64,000 bases of DNA from NCBI GenBank assembly GCA_002269645.1, contig NIVC01003004.1, forward strand, positions 62,001 to 126,000, given 5' to 3'. Position numbers and translations under genes: made by a program. Position 1 is the first letter of the stretch. Each line of letters begins with the position of its first letter. The DNA is from Macrostomum lignano. Its lineage: Eukaryota. Of the stretch, positions 61,700 to 64,000 are shown in pieces. The notes under the pieces are model-generated. The model had not been told where the DNA came from. It saw only the letters and a program-made list of their open reading frames with translations, and ran no database searches.

Positions 61700-64000
61700 C
61701 AAGGACTATACTACCTTTAGGCGGTAGTTTAGGCCTAAAGGTTGTTGTTCCCCCGTGTGGCTTGGTACTTTTACTTACGAAAAGACCCCGTAACAATTCT
61801 TTGTGTGTCGATCCGATCTATTTAGCAAGTGTTCGAAATGTCTATGGTTCAAAGCTGCATGGCAATGATCGTCAAATCGCTAAACAATGGGTTTTCATCT
61901 AAACAAGTAACGAATGCAAAAGTTTAACCACAAACTATGAAGGGCTGGTAGCTGAAATTCTCACTTCCTATTTTCCTGTTAGTTTCATCGGTCGCCTTGT
62001 CTGTATTTATCAAGTGTAATTAATGACCTAAAGGAGGGCAGGGGTGTGAAATGGTATCTGTATTCTACTTTGAATATAGTTTCATACAATGGCCCGAACA
62101 AATTCAACCATAGACAGCAGGTGCGATAAGGACGTCTTAAGATTTTCGTGATTTCTCAGCAATTCAGTTATCTGCCTTACTGCACTAATGTTTTGCGACC
62201 TCAGCTTATTAAGAAATCATTGGCATGATTAGCTGTAAGATTAGGGCCACTCGATGACAGCTTCAGCACCTCCATGATTTCCCAGGCAGTCGCGTACAGA
62301 TGAGAAATTGCTGTTATAAAAACAGATTTCAGCCCTCAGCATGGAGCAGCTCAGCTGGCTAAGAAAACCCACCACCGGTCGAAGCTGCGCGCATCACGCG
62401 ACCGCGGCTTCGGGCGGAGCTATCGATCATGCGGTACCGGGGTGGCTGCTCCTCCCCTTCTGCTGCAGTTCGGGGAGGGCAGCCATTTCACACCCCCTGC
62501 CCTCCTTCAAGTCATTAATCACACTTGCCAATCTCGAACTTGTTACTGCAGCAGTTTGTTCTTGCGTGATGAGATACAGAGAGAGAGAGAGTCGAGCGCA
62601 CCGACTTTGGCGTGTTGTTGGGCAGCACAGCGACTTCAGTTGGTTTGGTTTAATCGATTCCTATCTGCAGTTGCGAATATCCCGGAGCCCGCGTGATTGG
62701 CGATAGCGGAATGCATACAGTTTTTTTGTTGGTGCGTCCATGGTGATTAAAATGTATACAGGCTAAATATAGGAATGCATAGCAGAGCCGGTCTTTGCCG
62801 AATAACTCCATGGATCTTATTAATTCTACAGCTTCTGCATGGTAAGAAGCCGCCCCGATTAATAAATATTGTAGTAAATAGATTCAGCCAAAACTGAATT
62901 CCCCTGCTTACTGCATTGCTACTAGCTGTTCGGCCCATATTCAGATTTCAAACAATCCAATTGACTTCTATTGGCCGGGTCCCGGCTATAAGCCCACTGC
63001 GCCAACGGACACCGCGGGGTGAAGGCAGGACAGAGCCAATATGCGCTCTTTATCCCAGCTGCATCAGTTGGGATAAGCAGATTTCGCATTCTAGCTGGCC
63101 TTACAGCTGATTGAGGGATCAGTGCGCCTGCGCAGCTGCGTGCGCCTCTCTCCCGCAGTTGCTCTGTTTTTTTCCGTCTTGCGGCCAGAAAGCAGCTTGC
63201 GGAATGCCCCTCACATCCTCGTTGCGTGCGAATCCTCTCGCCTTCCCAGCCATGGCCTCTCATCCATGGCGGGGCGCCACTGCCTTTCTGCTGTCACGCG
63301 TCAGGGCTGAAGAATCGCGCTAGCTTGAAGGCCTATCTAAAAGTCTAATGACGCTTATGAATGATCTTGGTACAGACATCAGCTGTCCTGCAGGATCGTA
63401 CATGCAGTACCAATTCGAATGTTTTTGCTCAAATCGCACCTATGAGTTATACTTTTGGTTCTGATGGCCAAAAGCCTCCGGAGAAAAGTTTTCTTTCTAA
63501 AAGCGGTAGATCCAACGAACTGCAAAAATTCACTTCATATGGAGAGTTTTGTTCATTTTTAAACTTTTCCAAGATGCAAGATTTTCACGCTTGAAGATAG
63601 CGATTTTCTGTGCGCCAGACAAAGAAAAACAAGAGCAAATCTTCCGAACTGAGGGAACGCTGAAAGACGGATTGGCTTTTTGGGGGTGGTGGGGCGTCAT
63701 TTTCCATCCTGAAGACTTTTAAATTCAATTCTTTGCTGTTTGGGCTCTGTCCAGATGAGGGGATAGATCAGGCCAGGGAGAGACGCCAGTTTCACACCAG
63801 CAGCCGGCGATGAATCTTCAATCCTTTGTGGATCCTCAAATGAACTTCACGGCAGCTTGGCATCCCGAAGTGACAATCCGTTTTCTTAGGCAGGTCAAGG
63901 AATTCAAGGTGCAAAAAGGGAAGAAAAAAGCAACAAAATTGCCTTCAACTAGTCAAAAAATCTTTCACTCTCGGCTTTATTCACCCTTTTCCCTTCGGCA

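Noticed and set aside
59540-64000. Short ORFs and splice-like signals (59547-59813, 60382-60585, 62341-62706, near 63700)
   Set aside because: Could be exons of a gene extending past the window, but no homology or coherent exon chain could be established

Overview
Eukaryotic (animal) genomic DNA with spliceosomal introns; the very dense minisatellites and GC-rich, Q/A-rich exons resemble a free-living flatworm such as Macrostomum (inference, not confirmable here). Six genes can be built by hand: phosducin-like PDCL (-), DNTTIP1 (-), an inositol-trisphosphate 3-kinase (+), tyramine/dopamine beta-hydroxylase (-, 9 exons), a GKAP-domain DLGAP5/HURP-like gene (+) and VMA21 (+). Introns and intergenic DNA hold tandem repeats and many transposon classes: a 10-kb head-to-tail Helitron trimer, a TRIM-like LTR element, LOA/R1 and RTE-type LINEs, mariner and Crypton relics, a foldback element, MITEs and tRNA-derived SINEs. 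The main observations are: (1) sharply bounded domains almost free of CpG and rich in CTAG/TpA, one boundary of which cuts through a single LINE; (2) a PDCL intron formed by ~22 tandem copies of its own exon-intron junction, with an inverted copy of the array downstream; (3) three diverged Helitrons stacked at one A|T site, each with a tRNA-like Pol III cassette and a satellite array; (4) a CLEAR-motif palindrome upstream of VMA21; (5) a 14-copy Cdk-consensus array in the HURP-like protein. All counts were made by eye and are approximate.
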